64,000 nucleotides of DNA from the NCBI GenBank assembly GCA_047495785.1, contig JBLDXI010000004.1, forward strand, positions 1,798,001-1,862,000, read 5' to 3'. Below, in pieces: positions 9,256 through 19,200 of the stretch; position 1 is the stretch's first letter, and every line of letters starts with the position of its first letter. This DNA comes from Lepidodermella squamata (Eukaryota > Animalia > Gastrotricha). The translations under genes were made by a program, and so were the position numbers. A model generated the notes under the pieces. It searched no databases and was not told the origin of the DNA. It saw nothing but the letters and a program-made list of their open reading frames with translations.

Positions 9256-9854
9256 GGCAAATATATGCCATTTCCTTTCTGGAATAATGTGGGTAAAAAC
9301 GTACCCAATAAACTAGCAATCAGCGGTAGAACAAATGCGCCGCCACTCTGTTCAATATCTTTCTCAGATGCTGATTTAGATCCGCCAGGTAGTATATTTT
9401 TATTTTCCAAAACATCAATGTATTTGATAATCTCAGCCAAATCCTTTTTAGGAATATTGAGATTCACATTTTCAGTTACGCCATTCCCTGCAAGTTTATT
9501 GCCTATTGCATTAGCAGCTGAATTGACTAAACCAGATACTGCAGAAATGGCCAATGGGGCAGCAATTGATCCAACTTTCGCTAATATCGGCAGTAAAGGA
9601 ATCATTCCGCCTGTTTGGTTCTTTTTTAACTGTGAAAGGCTAAATTGTACTTCCACTCCCGTGTTCATAGTTCTATGTTTTTCTATTTTATTGATTTGGG
9701 ATTTCGTAAGGAACACTTTTTTCAAGTTAGTTTTTGAATGAATATCTTTCTTACTTATTAGCAATGTTATGCATTTCCTATTATTTATCCCTGATTGTAA
9801 TTTTTGAATTTGCCCATCAGACAGAGGAATTTCATATTCAAAATATCTACTCAT
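9237..9854 (-). CDS. Putative virion core/membrane-active precursor with adenovirus pX-like GG-hydrophobic repeats
   Basis: QTGGMIPLLPILA and QSGGAFVLPLIASLLG, resembling adenoviral pX xxGG^(I/F)LP.LIP; additional GNG motifs. Confidence 0.6.
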   Translation of the reverse strand: MSRYFEYEIPLSDGQIQKLQSGINNRKCITLLISKKDIHSKTNLKKVFLTKSQINKIEKHRTMNTGVEVQFSLSQLKKNQTGGMIPLLPILAKVGSIAAPLAISAVSGLVNSAANAIGNKLAGNGVTENVNLNIPKKDLAEIIKYIDVLENKNILPGGSKSASEKDIEQSGGAFVLPLIASLLGTFLPTLFQKGNGIYLPWESKN

Positions 9855-9879
9855 TTTATTGGAAGACTAGATTTTCTTT

Positions 9880-11259
9880 TCATAGACTTTGCAGAGAAAT
9901 ATCCAAAGTTCCATGCTTATAATTAAACGCGATTTCTTTTTCACGTTCAATAAAGCTATAAATTACTAATGGTTTATTAACTGCTCCAACAGTAGCTTTG
10001 AAAACGATTGAACAAGTATTATCAGCACGTGAATTATATATTGAACTTGCATCGATATCATTTAGATTGAAACATAAGATTCTATACAAATTGCAGAAAT
10101 CAAGATATGAAATTTGTGATCCTATATTTAAACTTTCTCTGTCACCTGATTGAGACATATTCTGTTTTATATATTGATATAATTTATGGGCCTTCAATGA
10201 ATTAAAACTAACATTTGACTCATTAAAAGCTTCCTTGTTATTAATCAACAAAGAATATGAAGTAATGTTCCATAGGTTGTATATCTGGTTTAATTTTTTA
10301 GGTATTTCAGTATCAGTATAATCAGGAATTAATACTAAATAAATGTAATTTGGTTTCTTAATTTCTGTTGACACTGTCCATTGAATATTCTGAATATTAT
10401 TTGCAAATTGCTGTGATTGGAATGGTTCGATCGACATCCATTTGTGAACTTTTGAAAATCCTGAATTGAATTTTTCTAAAACTTCCAACTTATTTTTATT
10501 CATGAGCGTAACTTCTGGAATCATCAGATTTGCTTTCGATATTTTATATGTCATGCCAGCAGTTTCACCCGTGGCTGCATCTGCAATGACATATATTAGG
10601 CTTTTACTATAATTCGGGGTTAATATAATTCTGAATCTTGATTTGGTGAAAATACCATTGAATGAATTGAAAAATGGAAGATCTTTCAAGAACAGAGTAC
10701 ATATCATTTGGTTACTTTTTACAAATGAACTCCTTACAATAAGGCCATTATTCGCAGTAGCTTTGGATCCGTCAAATGAATCAGCTGTTACATCTTCGCT
10801 AAGTGTTCTTGTTGCTCTTGGCAATGGACAATCCCTAGAAAACAACGATTCTTCTCCATACGTCTCAGCATATTCTTTACTCCATTTTAACAAGAAGTTG
10901 ATATTTGCCCAATGTTCGGTGAATCTCAATTCTTCAATTTTATGATCACTGTCTGAAATTTGAATTTCAATTGATTCGAATAAACTTAGTACATGATTGC
11001 GAATAGCGTATTTATCAGTAGCAGCAAAATCCTTAGCATTATTTCTGACAAAGTGAAGCTGAAATTCAATGTACCCTTCCCGAACTAATAGAAAATTGTC
11101 TTTCAAGTTTATCGTTGAAAAAATTAATTTGTTTGGTTGGCTCTGACTATCCTGAATGAAATTCTGCGCGGGAGTTTCAGTCCATACCTTCTTCTCAAAT
11201 AATCTGTCATCAATTTCGTTGGTTTCAAACAGATTGTTAATGATTTCTTGCTGTAACAT
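9880..11259 (-). CDS. Major capsid protein (double jelly-roll, hexon-like); ATG at 11259, 459 aa
   Basis: Size, position in the morphogenesis module, beta-rich Maverick MCP-like motifs (FLLVREGYIEF, SLFESIEI, KPNYIYLV); TCTAG upstream. Confidence 0.75.
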   Translation of the reverse strand: MLQQEIINNLFETNEIDDRLFEKKVWTETPAQNFIQDSQSQPNKLIFSTINLKDNFLLVREGYIEFQLHFVRNNAKDFAATDKYAIRNHVLSLFESIEIQISDSDHKIEELRFTEHWANINFLLKWSKEYAETYGEESLFSRDCPLPRATRTLSEDVTADSFDGSKATANNGLIVRSSFVKSNQMICTLFLKDLPFFNSFNGIFTKSRFRIILTPNYSKSLIYVIADAATGETAGMTYKISKANLMIPEVTLMNKNKLEVLEKFNSGFSKVHKWMSIEPFQSQQFANNIQNIQWTVSTEIKKPNYIYLVLIPDYTDTEIPKKLNQIYNLWNITSYSLLINNKEAFNESNVSFNSLKAHKLYQYIKQNMSQSGDRESLNIGSQISYLDFCNLYRILCFNLNDIDASSIYNSRADNTCSIVFKATVGAVNKPLVIYSFIEREKEIAFNYKHGTLDISLQSL

Positions 11260-11272
11260 TTTATCAATATAA

Positions 11273-11584
11273 CTAGATTTTTTTGAACCCTTTGCCAACG
11301 ACTTTACCAGAACTATAATCAGCAATCTCTTTTTTAATTTTATTTTCCAATTCTTCGATGGCTTTTATATTTTGTTTTGAATCAGGAATTAATTTTTCAG
11401 TAATTGCGTCTGCTACATAATTCCCCAATTTATCGCCTACTGTTTCACTTCCAGATTTCAAAGCAGATTTTAATAAAGACTGAACTGGTTCTCTACCTAT
11501 GCTAATTAATTTCCCTAATAATTGCCTACTCACTTCAGCAAATCCTCTACCCTGAATATAAACCTTTATAGATTTCTGTTTCAT
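11273..11584 (-). CDS. Small putative core protein with amphipathic helix after a GxG site
   Basis: IQGRG^FAEVSRQLLGKLISIG...VVGKG; TCTAG upstream. Confidence 0.6.
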   Translation of the reverse strand: MKQKSIKVYIQGRGFAEVSRQLLGKLISIGREPVQSLLKSALKSGSETVGDKLGNYVADAITEKLIPDSKQNIKAIEELENKIKKEIADYSSGKVVGKGFKKI

Positions 11585-11605
11585 TTTATTATCAAACTAG
11601 AAATT

Positions 11606-12346
11606 TCATAAAATATCCAATCCAATGCCCCATTTGTTTTCAACAAAGTGAATAGGCAATCCGTCTTGGTTTGTCAGCCAGATTTTAATATTTTGCGTAT
11701 TTGCGTTATTACAATCTAAATACCGTTTTTCATTCGGTGTTATATTTACATGCTCACCGAACCTCCTATTCATGGGACATGTGAAAATGACTGTGTTATA
11801 TTCAGGAATTATAGAATTATCAACAACATTGCAATGAACAAATAAAGTATCAAACCCCATTGTGATGTCAGGTATTTTCTGAGAATTGAAATCACTATCG
11901 TAATTTCCAATTTCGATTCCTAAAAATTTTGAAATCCCGTCAGATTCTATTAAAAGGCTAGATTTCTCTGATATCCTAATGCTGAGACAAGAAAATACAC
12001 TATTTACCACGAGATTTATTGGATAAATTTCAACCCCTGATTCCTTATCCAGGGAATAGTGATTATTATTTTTCATGGAGAAGTGTAAGTAATTATCAAA
12101 ATCTTTGTAAGTATAGGTCCCATCAGGAAATGTAACCTCAAATGTTTCACCTTCTGTTATGTATTTTAGTTTGTTGTTATTATATTTCCCAGAAACATTA
12201 TGAAATGTGTCATAAAAATGAATATAGGAAACAGCTATTTTCCGTCCTGAAAAGTTGATCTTTTGATTAAGATAGCGATCTATAGTATTATTTAGTGTTG
12301 ACTTGTTATTCTGATTATTTTCTAATGGCAAAAATATCATACTCAT
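11606..12346 (-). CDS. Minor capsid protein (penton-like single jelly roll)
   Basis: Motifs HNVS..YNNNK, FPDGTY, LFVHCNVV and IKIWLTNQDGLPI, as in Polinton/virophage mCP. Confidence 0.75.
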   Translation of the reverse strand: MSMIFLPLENNQNNKSTLNNTIDRYLNQKINFSGRKIAVSYIHFYDTFHNVSGKYNNNKLKYITEGETFEVTFPDGTYTYKDFDNYLHFSMKNNNHYSLDKESGVEIYPINLVVNSVFSCLSIRISEKSSLLIESDGISKFLGIEIGNYDSDFNSQKIPDITMGFDTLFVHCNVVDNSIIPEYNTVIFTCPMNRRFGEHVNITPNEKRYLDCNNANTQNIKIWLTNQDGLPIHFVENKWGIGLDIL

Positions 12347-12400
12347 TTAGTATTAAGTTAGATATTGGCGAATTTACAAATATTGCAAACGTGCCAACGT

Positions 12401-13513
12401 TCACACGCCGGCGAACGTGCAAACATTCTTGTATTCTGCATCTGAGATATTTTTATGTTTCAGAAGTAAATCAGCTATGGATACTAATTCATTTTTAATT
12501 TCTTTATTGTTGTTACCGGCTTTTATTTCACCAATGCAATGTAATAGTCTTGTTTTTGCATCCTTGACATTCAGAAATAGTGATTCTCCTTTTATAACCC
12601 TATTTACCTTGGAATGTTTTTTAGGTTCGAAATTGGTCTTTCTTATTATTTCTTTATACACGTCAATATCTTCATTCGTATAGTTGTACTTCTTTGGATC
12701 GTAGTTTTTGAATAACAAATGTTTTACTCCATTGGTTATATTCATATTAAAAACTATCGCATTATTTTTCTTCCTAATGCATAATTTGTTACTCGCAAGA
12801 TCTTTAATCTTAGCATAATATTTCCCAAATTTTATTAAATTTTTTGGAATTGGTTTAGCAAATCCGCTGCCACTCTGTTCCCCAGTTAGTTTCTCTAATG
12901 CTGACCTGTATTTTTTAAGTTCTCCAATTTCGAATTTTATTTGATTGTATTCCTCTGATTCTTTTTTACCGCCACGTGTCAAAGTAGCTAAACGTGATCC
13001 TAAAACCCTCTTATTATATTCAGATATATCATGTATGACATCTTCAATATTATCAGCTTCAATGTCATCAACCAGGGGGAAATTATGTTTCTTGATTACA
13101 TTCTCATTAATGCTTTTAATATCGATCTCAGGCTCTCGAGCACTTTGATATTCTTCATTTGTGGTTTCATCTCTATCAGATGACTCACTTTTTGATAATG
13201 GGCTTGAAGGTTCCAATTTAGGTTGCTTTAGTTCAGATTTAACTTCTTGGGCTATTTCTTTGGCTATCACCTCAGGTTTCATTCTTGTTAAATTATTATT
13301 CAATTTTTCTATAGAATTGACAACAGGTCGTTGTTTGATCGCATTTTGAATGGATGCTAGAGGATTCAATTCGGTTTCTACGTTATATTTATGCTTCAAA
13401 GTGTATGTATCTCCATTGGCAAGGGCGATATTTTGATTGTGCAGATTTTCCTGTTTTTCCAAATTTTTCAAAATTTGAATTTGTTCGGGTATTGTTAGTT
13501 CTTTGATCGTCAT
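12401..13513 (-). CDS. Conserved Polinton/PLV protein with Tlr6F-like C-terminus; ATG at 13513
   Basis: C-terminal RLLHCIGEIKAGNNNKEIKNEL motif; internal QSGSG site. Confidence 0.55.
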   Translation of the reverse strand: MTIKELTIPEQIQILKNLEKQENLHNQNIALANGDTYTLKHKYNVETELNPLASIQNAIKQRPVVNSIEKLNNNLTRMKPEVIAKEIAQEVKSELKQPKLEPSSPLSKSESSDRDETTNEEYQSAREPEIDIKSINENVIKKHNFPLVDDIEADNIEDVIHDISEYNKRVLGSRLATLTRGGKKESEEYNQIKFEIGELKKYRSALEKLTGEQSGSGFAKPIPKNLIKFGKYYAKIKDLASNKLCIRKKNNAIVFNMNITNGVKHLLFKNYDPKKYNYTNEDIDVYKEIIRKTNFEPKKHSKVNRVIKGESLFLNVKDAKTRLLHCIGEIKAGNNNKEIKNELVSIADLLLKHKNISDAEYKNVCTFAGV

Positions 13514-13542
13514 GAAAGTGTTTTTAATCAATGACTAGATAA

Positions 13543-14244
13543 TTACGAATGAAATATGCCTACATAGTTTGCTCTCAGTTTCAGAAACTTATGCCTGGAA
13601 TTACAATCAATAATGAAACTACCATGGCGATTGTAAGTGCTGATGCTTTCTTCATATTTTTTCATAAAGTCTTCTCTTGCTATTTCGGATGCATATATGT
13701 TATGAATAGTTTTAACCTCTCTAAAATCATTCAAATGCTTTAACACAACGAATAAAGCGTTGTCCCTGATTATTTTTGGAACTTTGAAATACGATTGAGA
13801 TAAATACACAACTGAGCAGTTGTATTTTCTACTTCTTATATATAAATCGCCAATGTATTTTTCTTGACTTTTCTTTTCGGTTAAACATACATCATCAAAA
13901 ATGTATAGATGTTGATAACGTTTATCCAGATCTTCCATAGGTATTACATCTTTTAAATCTGTGCTAAAATGAATGAGACTTTCGGAGATACCCGATTTCT
14001 TTAATTCCTCTTCTTTCCGATGTTGAACATTTATTAGAAATTGATACTTATCCTCATCAAGTGTTTTGGAATAAACGTATATTTTATGAAAAAATGAGTT
14101 ATGTATGATGTTCAGCAAATCATTAGTTTTACCTGAATTACTAGGCCCGATAATTAATATTCTAGCAGGATGCTGTGGGAAAAACGGATTTGGATTTATA
14201 TAATTATTACTGCCTTTGGAAACTATATCATCGAAATTAATCAT
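13543..14244 (-). CDS. A32/FtsK-like genome packaging ATPase
   Basis: Walker A GPSNSGKT, Walker B YIFDD, RSRKYN and SQSY motifs. Confidence 0.93.
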   Translation of the reverse strand: MINFDDIVSKGSNNYINPNPFFPQHPARILIIGPSNSGKTNDLLNIIHNSFFHKIYVYSKTLDEDKYQFLINVQHRKEEELKKSGISESLIHFSTDLKDVIPMEDLDKRYQHLYIFDDVCLTEKKSQEKYIGDLYIRSRKYNCSVVYLSQSYFKVPKIIRDNALFVVLKHLNDFREVKTIHNIYASEIAREDFMKKYEESISTYNRHGSFIIDCNSRHKFLKLRANYVGIFHS

Positions 14245-14319
14245 TCTTATAAATATATTAGAAATTTAGAAAATATTAGGATTTTTTAAAACCATTGAAC
14301 TTCTAGCTATACTTCAGAA

Positions 14320-15786
14320 ATGTTTGATCAGATAATTAATAACTTGCCGACCGAATTGCATTTACCTAGTTTTCCAGGTTTCGGTGAATATGTGCGGAAA
14401 GGTAGTTTTAACAATACGAACAAGTATTCATATGCTGGCCCCGGCACTAAATTTATTCAAAGGATAAACGAAGGATACAAAGGCATAAATGATTTGGATA
14501 GAGCAGCAATGGAACATGATGCAGCTTATTATTTTCATAGAGATAGGGAGCCACGAACAATATCTGATAGAATTTTGGCTGAAAAAGCTTTGAAAATTGC
14601 TAAGGATCCGAATAAAAATAGTAATGAAAAACTGATGGCAGCTTTTGTTTACAAAACGTTTACAGAGGGTGGTTTAGCTGATAAGTTTCAAGGAAAAGGA
14701 ATGACACTTCGTGAACGAAAGACGAAAGTAAGTTATGAAGAGCCAAAACTAGTAAGTAAAAATGAAACTAAAAAGATTAAGAAAATCAAGCATGTTCCTA
14801 ATCTTTCCGAACCTTTAGAAACGAGTAAAGTAAACTTCCCAATTCTAGCTGATGAATTACATAAACCGGTTAGAAAGCGATTTCCAAGACGCAGGGTTAT
14901 CCTCCATGATGTTGATGAAACATGGGGAATGGATATATGTTTCATGGTTGACTTGGCAGATGACAATGATGGCTACAAATATCTTTTAACTATCATTGAT
15001 TGCTTTTCAAAATATGCATGGGCTGTCCCATTAAAAACAAAAGATGCTAAAACTGTATTTGACGCATTCATGACTGTTATAAATAAAAGTAACAGAAAAC
15101 CAAACAATATTTGGGTTGATGAAGGTAGTGAATTTTATAACTCAATATTCACAAAATGGTTAAAAACAAATGATGTCATCAGATATTCGACGTATGAAAA
15201 CTTTCATAACCCAATTATAGAGCGATTTAATAGAACACTTAAAACTATGATGTGGAAGAGGTTTACTCTCGAAAATACACGAAGATGGATAAATATGTTA
15301 GATACTTTGTTGGATGCTTATAACAATAAGAATCATAGATCAATTAAGATGACCCCGTCAGAAGCAGTAAATCCGAATAACAAAGAAAGGGTATTACGAA
15401 GTCTCTATCCTAATCCCTCGCCAAAATTGAAAAAGCCAAAATTCATGCTGAATGACATTGTCAGGATTAGTAGGATTAAAGAGCATTTTGAAAAAGGATT
15501 TCATCCAAATTGGTCTGAAGAATTGTTGAGAATAGTAAAAGTCAATGATACATATCCAAGAACATATAAATTAAAAGCATTAGACGGAGAGGAAGTAGTT
15601 GGAAGTTTTTATGAGCAGGAGTTACTAAAATCTAAAATAAATGAGAGTGATTTATATGACAACAGTATTCACCGAGTTGAGCAAATATTACAAAGGAAGA
15701 AAGTTAAAGGGAAAGATATGGTTTTAATTAAATGGGCAGGATATGACCATCCTACATGGGAAAAAGCAGAAAATATCATTGATTAG
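14320..15786 (+). CDS. Parvovirus-type phospholipase A2 fused to retroviral-like (rve) integrase with C-terminal chromodomain
   Basis: YAGPGT and DLDRAAMEHDAAY (PLA2); WGMD / VDEGSEF / IIERFNRT (DDE); VEQILQR..LIKWAGY..TWE..ENI (chromo). Confidence 0.92.
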   Translation: MFDQIINNLPTELHLPSFPGFGEYVRKGSFNNTNKYSYAGPGTKFIQRINEGYKGINDLDRAAMEHDAAYYFHRDREPRTISDRILAEKALKIAKDPNKNSNEKLMAAFVYKTFTEGGLADKFQGKGMTLRERKTKVSYEEPKLVSKNETKKIKKIKHVPNLSEPLETSKVNFPILADELHKPVRKRFPRRRVILHDVDETWGMDICFMVDLADDNDGYKYLLTIIDCFSKYAWAVPLKTKDAKTVFDAFMTVINKSNRKPNNIWVDEGSEFYNSIFTKWLKTNDVIRYSTYENFHNPIIERFNRTLKTMMWKRFTLENTRRWINMLDTLLDAYNNKNHRSIKMTPSEAVNPNNKERVLRSLYPNPSPKLKKPKFMLNDIVRISRIKEHFEKGFHPNWSEELLRIVKVNDTYPRTYKLKALDGEEVVGSFYEQELLKSKINESDLYDNSIHRVEQILQRKKVKGKDMVLIKWAGYDHPTWEKAENIID

Positions 15787-15906
15787 AGAGTGATGCATTT
15801 ATGAATTACTCCCTACTGAGTCAAAATGGGAAAAGGGTGGATATATAAGAATGAGTTCAAACTGGCTTCAATGCGTTAAGTAATATTTATATTTCACATC
15901 TATATA

Positions 15907-16158
15907 TCAAGTCAAGAAAATATTTTTCAATTTATTCGCGATGATGTTACTGACAAGTTCCTCCAATTGCTTTTCTGAAATAACCAACAGCTTATCTGTC
16001 GTATTAAGAATCGTATCGTTCAATTGCGCCATGTGAAACGTTTCACGCCAGTACTTCTTACAGCTGTTTTTATGAACCTCTTTATATGCTAATAATTTTT
16101 CTTCTTCTGTCAGGTATTTTTTAGGTCTACCTCTGGGTTGCTTATTAATTGTTGTCAT
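15907..16158 (-). CDS. Small AT-hook protein
   Basis: KQPRGRPKKY; divergent from polB across an AT-rich TATA-containing spacer. Confidence 0.6.
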   Translation of the reverse strand: MTTINKQPRGRPKKYLTEEEKLLAYKEVHKNSCKKYWRETFHMAQLNDTILNTTDKLLVISEKQLEELVSNIIANKLKNIFLT

Positions 16159-16284
16159 AGTGAATTTCTATATATATTATATCAAGAAAATAATTCTTTA
16201 AGCATTTCCAAAAAGAATATGGAAAAAGAAAAAAATTGAAATTTCTATATAAGGAATTATTTTCTTAATATAATATATATAAGA

Positions 16285-19200
16285 ATGAGTCAAGAAAATT
16301 CGTGCATACAGAGTCCAAAGGGTTTTGATATGAAAATGGGTGGAAAAGCCTTCAGAAAGTACATTAAAGAGGGTTTTACATATGATGAAATTGGTAAAAA
16401 ATGGCTTAAAAATGGTCAGCCGTATATTCATCATGTTGTTAATCCTGAAGACGGAAGTTTAATCCCTGTTAATGGGGAAATATTTAATCAATTGATAGAA
16501 CGTAATTATAAATATGAAAAATATAGAAACCAACTAAAAAAAATAGCATTTTTAAATGGCGGAAAAATTGAAGTCGGATCAAGAGAATTTGTAAAAATGG
16601 TTAGAAATACACATGCTTACGATTCTGAAAATAACATATTAATCAAATATAAAAATAAGATAAGAGAAGGATATGTATTTGACCCGATAAATGGTGAGCC
16701 TATACTGATAGGTGGAGAAAGATATGAAAGCTTGCGAAGACAGGGCTATGCTATTAAAGATAATTCAAATAAAATGTTTAAAAGACAGGAAAAGATTGGG
16801 TTTGTTGTCAACCCAAAAACAATGAATAAGATCAAAATTGATGGCAATAAGTTTCATCAGCTCATTGCGGATGGATATAAATACGTTAAAGGTACTAACA
16901 GCTTAGAAAAGGATGATTACTTTCATATAGTAAATGTTGATAATTTCGGACATTTCAGAAATATTCTTTCTCGCACTGACTTAGAGCCAACAAACACATA
17001 TGAAATAGATTTTTTCGAATATGCAAGGAAAATTAAACCTAAAGTAATAAACGAATATTGGAAACAATTCACTGAACGCGGCCCTGTAAAAGCTGTGTTG
17101 ATAACAGCCTTATATTATCAAGAAAATAACGCGACACCAACTTATAAATGGAGTTCATCAAATGAGAGAGCCCCAACAATAATTAGTTGCGAAGATATCC
17201 CTGGTGTTGTAGAAAATATGTTCACACAAATGGGGTCGAGTATTCAAGAATACCATCAGCGAGATACTGGTGGGACTTTGTTAGGTATTGGAAATACAAG
17301 CGTATGTACATTTACGTATACGCCGCTGGCAGCTGGCTCATATATTGAGACACCCAAATGGATCGCTAATAAAAAAGCTGTCATTAATGTCCAGAACAAA
17401 GATAATAAATGCATAATATGGAGCATTCTCGCTTCACGACATCGATTTGATGATCATGCTTACCGAGTTTCGAAGTATGTTAAATATGAAAGTACGATAA
17501 AAATTGAAGGCGTAAAATTCCCAGTTACCATTAAAGATATATCGAAATTGGAAGATATGAATAAAATACGAATCAACATTATTGAATGTGGGAAAATTGA
17601 TAAGGAGGTCCTCTTCCCGTTTTACGTATCAGATAAAAAATTTCGAGAAGAAGTTAATCTGCTCAGAATTGTTGAAAATAAGCAAGCACATTACTGCTGG
17701 ATTAAAAATCCAAGTGCACTTTTATCACGAGTGAACAAGCATGAGCATAAGCGATTCTGGTGTTTCAAATGTTTTCAAGGTTTTAATAGCGCTGAGTCAA
17801 AGCAACAACATATTGATAGACAGAAGTGCAATGAGAAAAATGGGAAAGTTAAAGTTGAAATGCCCAAGGGCGAATCGGTTATGTTTAAAAATTATGGCAA
17901 ACAACTAAAAATACCATTTGTATTTTATTGCGACGCAGAGAGTTTCCTGGTTAAAACAGATGAGAAAAAGGGAGAAAACTCGAATATTTTTCAGAAACAT
18001 GTAGCGAACTCTTTTGGTGCTTACCTTGCAAGTGATGTGGATAGCATCACCTCACGGTATGTAAAATTTGAGGGCGAGGAATGCACTGAGAAATTTCTGA
18101 GATATTTGATAAAAACCGAATCTTTTTTGAGTACATATCTGAGAAATACCAACAAGGCGATGCAATTGACAAGGCAACAAGAAATGGAATACAATAAGGC
18201 ATCACAGTGTCATATTTGCAAAGGCGTCATTGTCAATGATTCAGAGAAATTGAAAAAAGTGCGAGATCATGATCATCTGACAGGTTATTACAGAGGTGCA
18301 GCTCATAGTTTATGTAACTTGAAATATAGCTATAGAAATATCAATATACCAGTTGTATTTCATAATTTGAAAGGTTATGATGCACATTTGATTTTACAGG
18401 CAGCTGGAAAAGTGATAGAGGAAATAAATGAGGAAAGAATAAAAGAAAGGGATAAATTACCAAAGGATCAGAAAAATCGTAGCAAGAAACCTCTGCTACA
18501 GATAGGAGCGATTGCGAATAGCTCAGAGAAATTCATTTCCTTCAACGTTGGAAAATTAAGGTTCATGGATAGTCTTAATTTCATGTCAATAAGTTTGGCT
18601 GATTTGGTACAAAATTTGAAAAAATCAAACGGAGCGTTTCCTCATTTAAAGAGTCAATTTTCGAGGTTGACAGACCTGCAATTAGATCTGATAAAACAGA
18701 AGGGATTTTATCCCTATGAATATATGGATGGCCCTGAAAAATTGGAGGAGCCTTCGCTACCAGATATTGAACATTTTTCTAGCAGCCTTCACTCAAGTTC
18801 AATAGATGAGAAATTAGAGCGGGTACCAATATCACGAGAAGATTATGAACACGCTAAACGTGTATATAATGAATTTGGCTGTCGAAAACTGAAAGACTAT
18901 CATAACCTTTATTTGAAAACTGATGTGTTACTTTTAGCTGATTGTTTCGAAAGTTTCAGGGAAACATGTATGAAGTATTATACTTTGGATCCTGCTCATT
19001 ATTTAACGGCACCAAGCTTGTCCTGGGATGCCATGTTGAAGAAAACCGGAGTTCAAATCGAACTATTAGATAACGAAGAAATGCTAACATTTGTAGAGGA
19101 GGGAATTCGAGGCGGTGTCAGCGTAATTACTCATAGATATGCAGGAGCAAACAACAAATACATGTTAGAATACGATCCGGCGAAGCCTGATTCATATATA

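Noticed and set aside
11260-11325. N-terminal extension of the capsid ORF given in the track
   Set aside because: Non-ATG start overlapping the upstream gene; ATG 11259 has the conserved TCTAG motif
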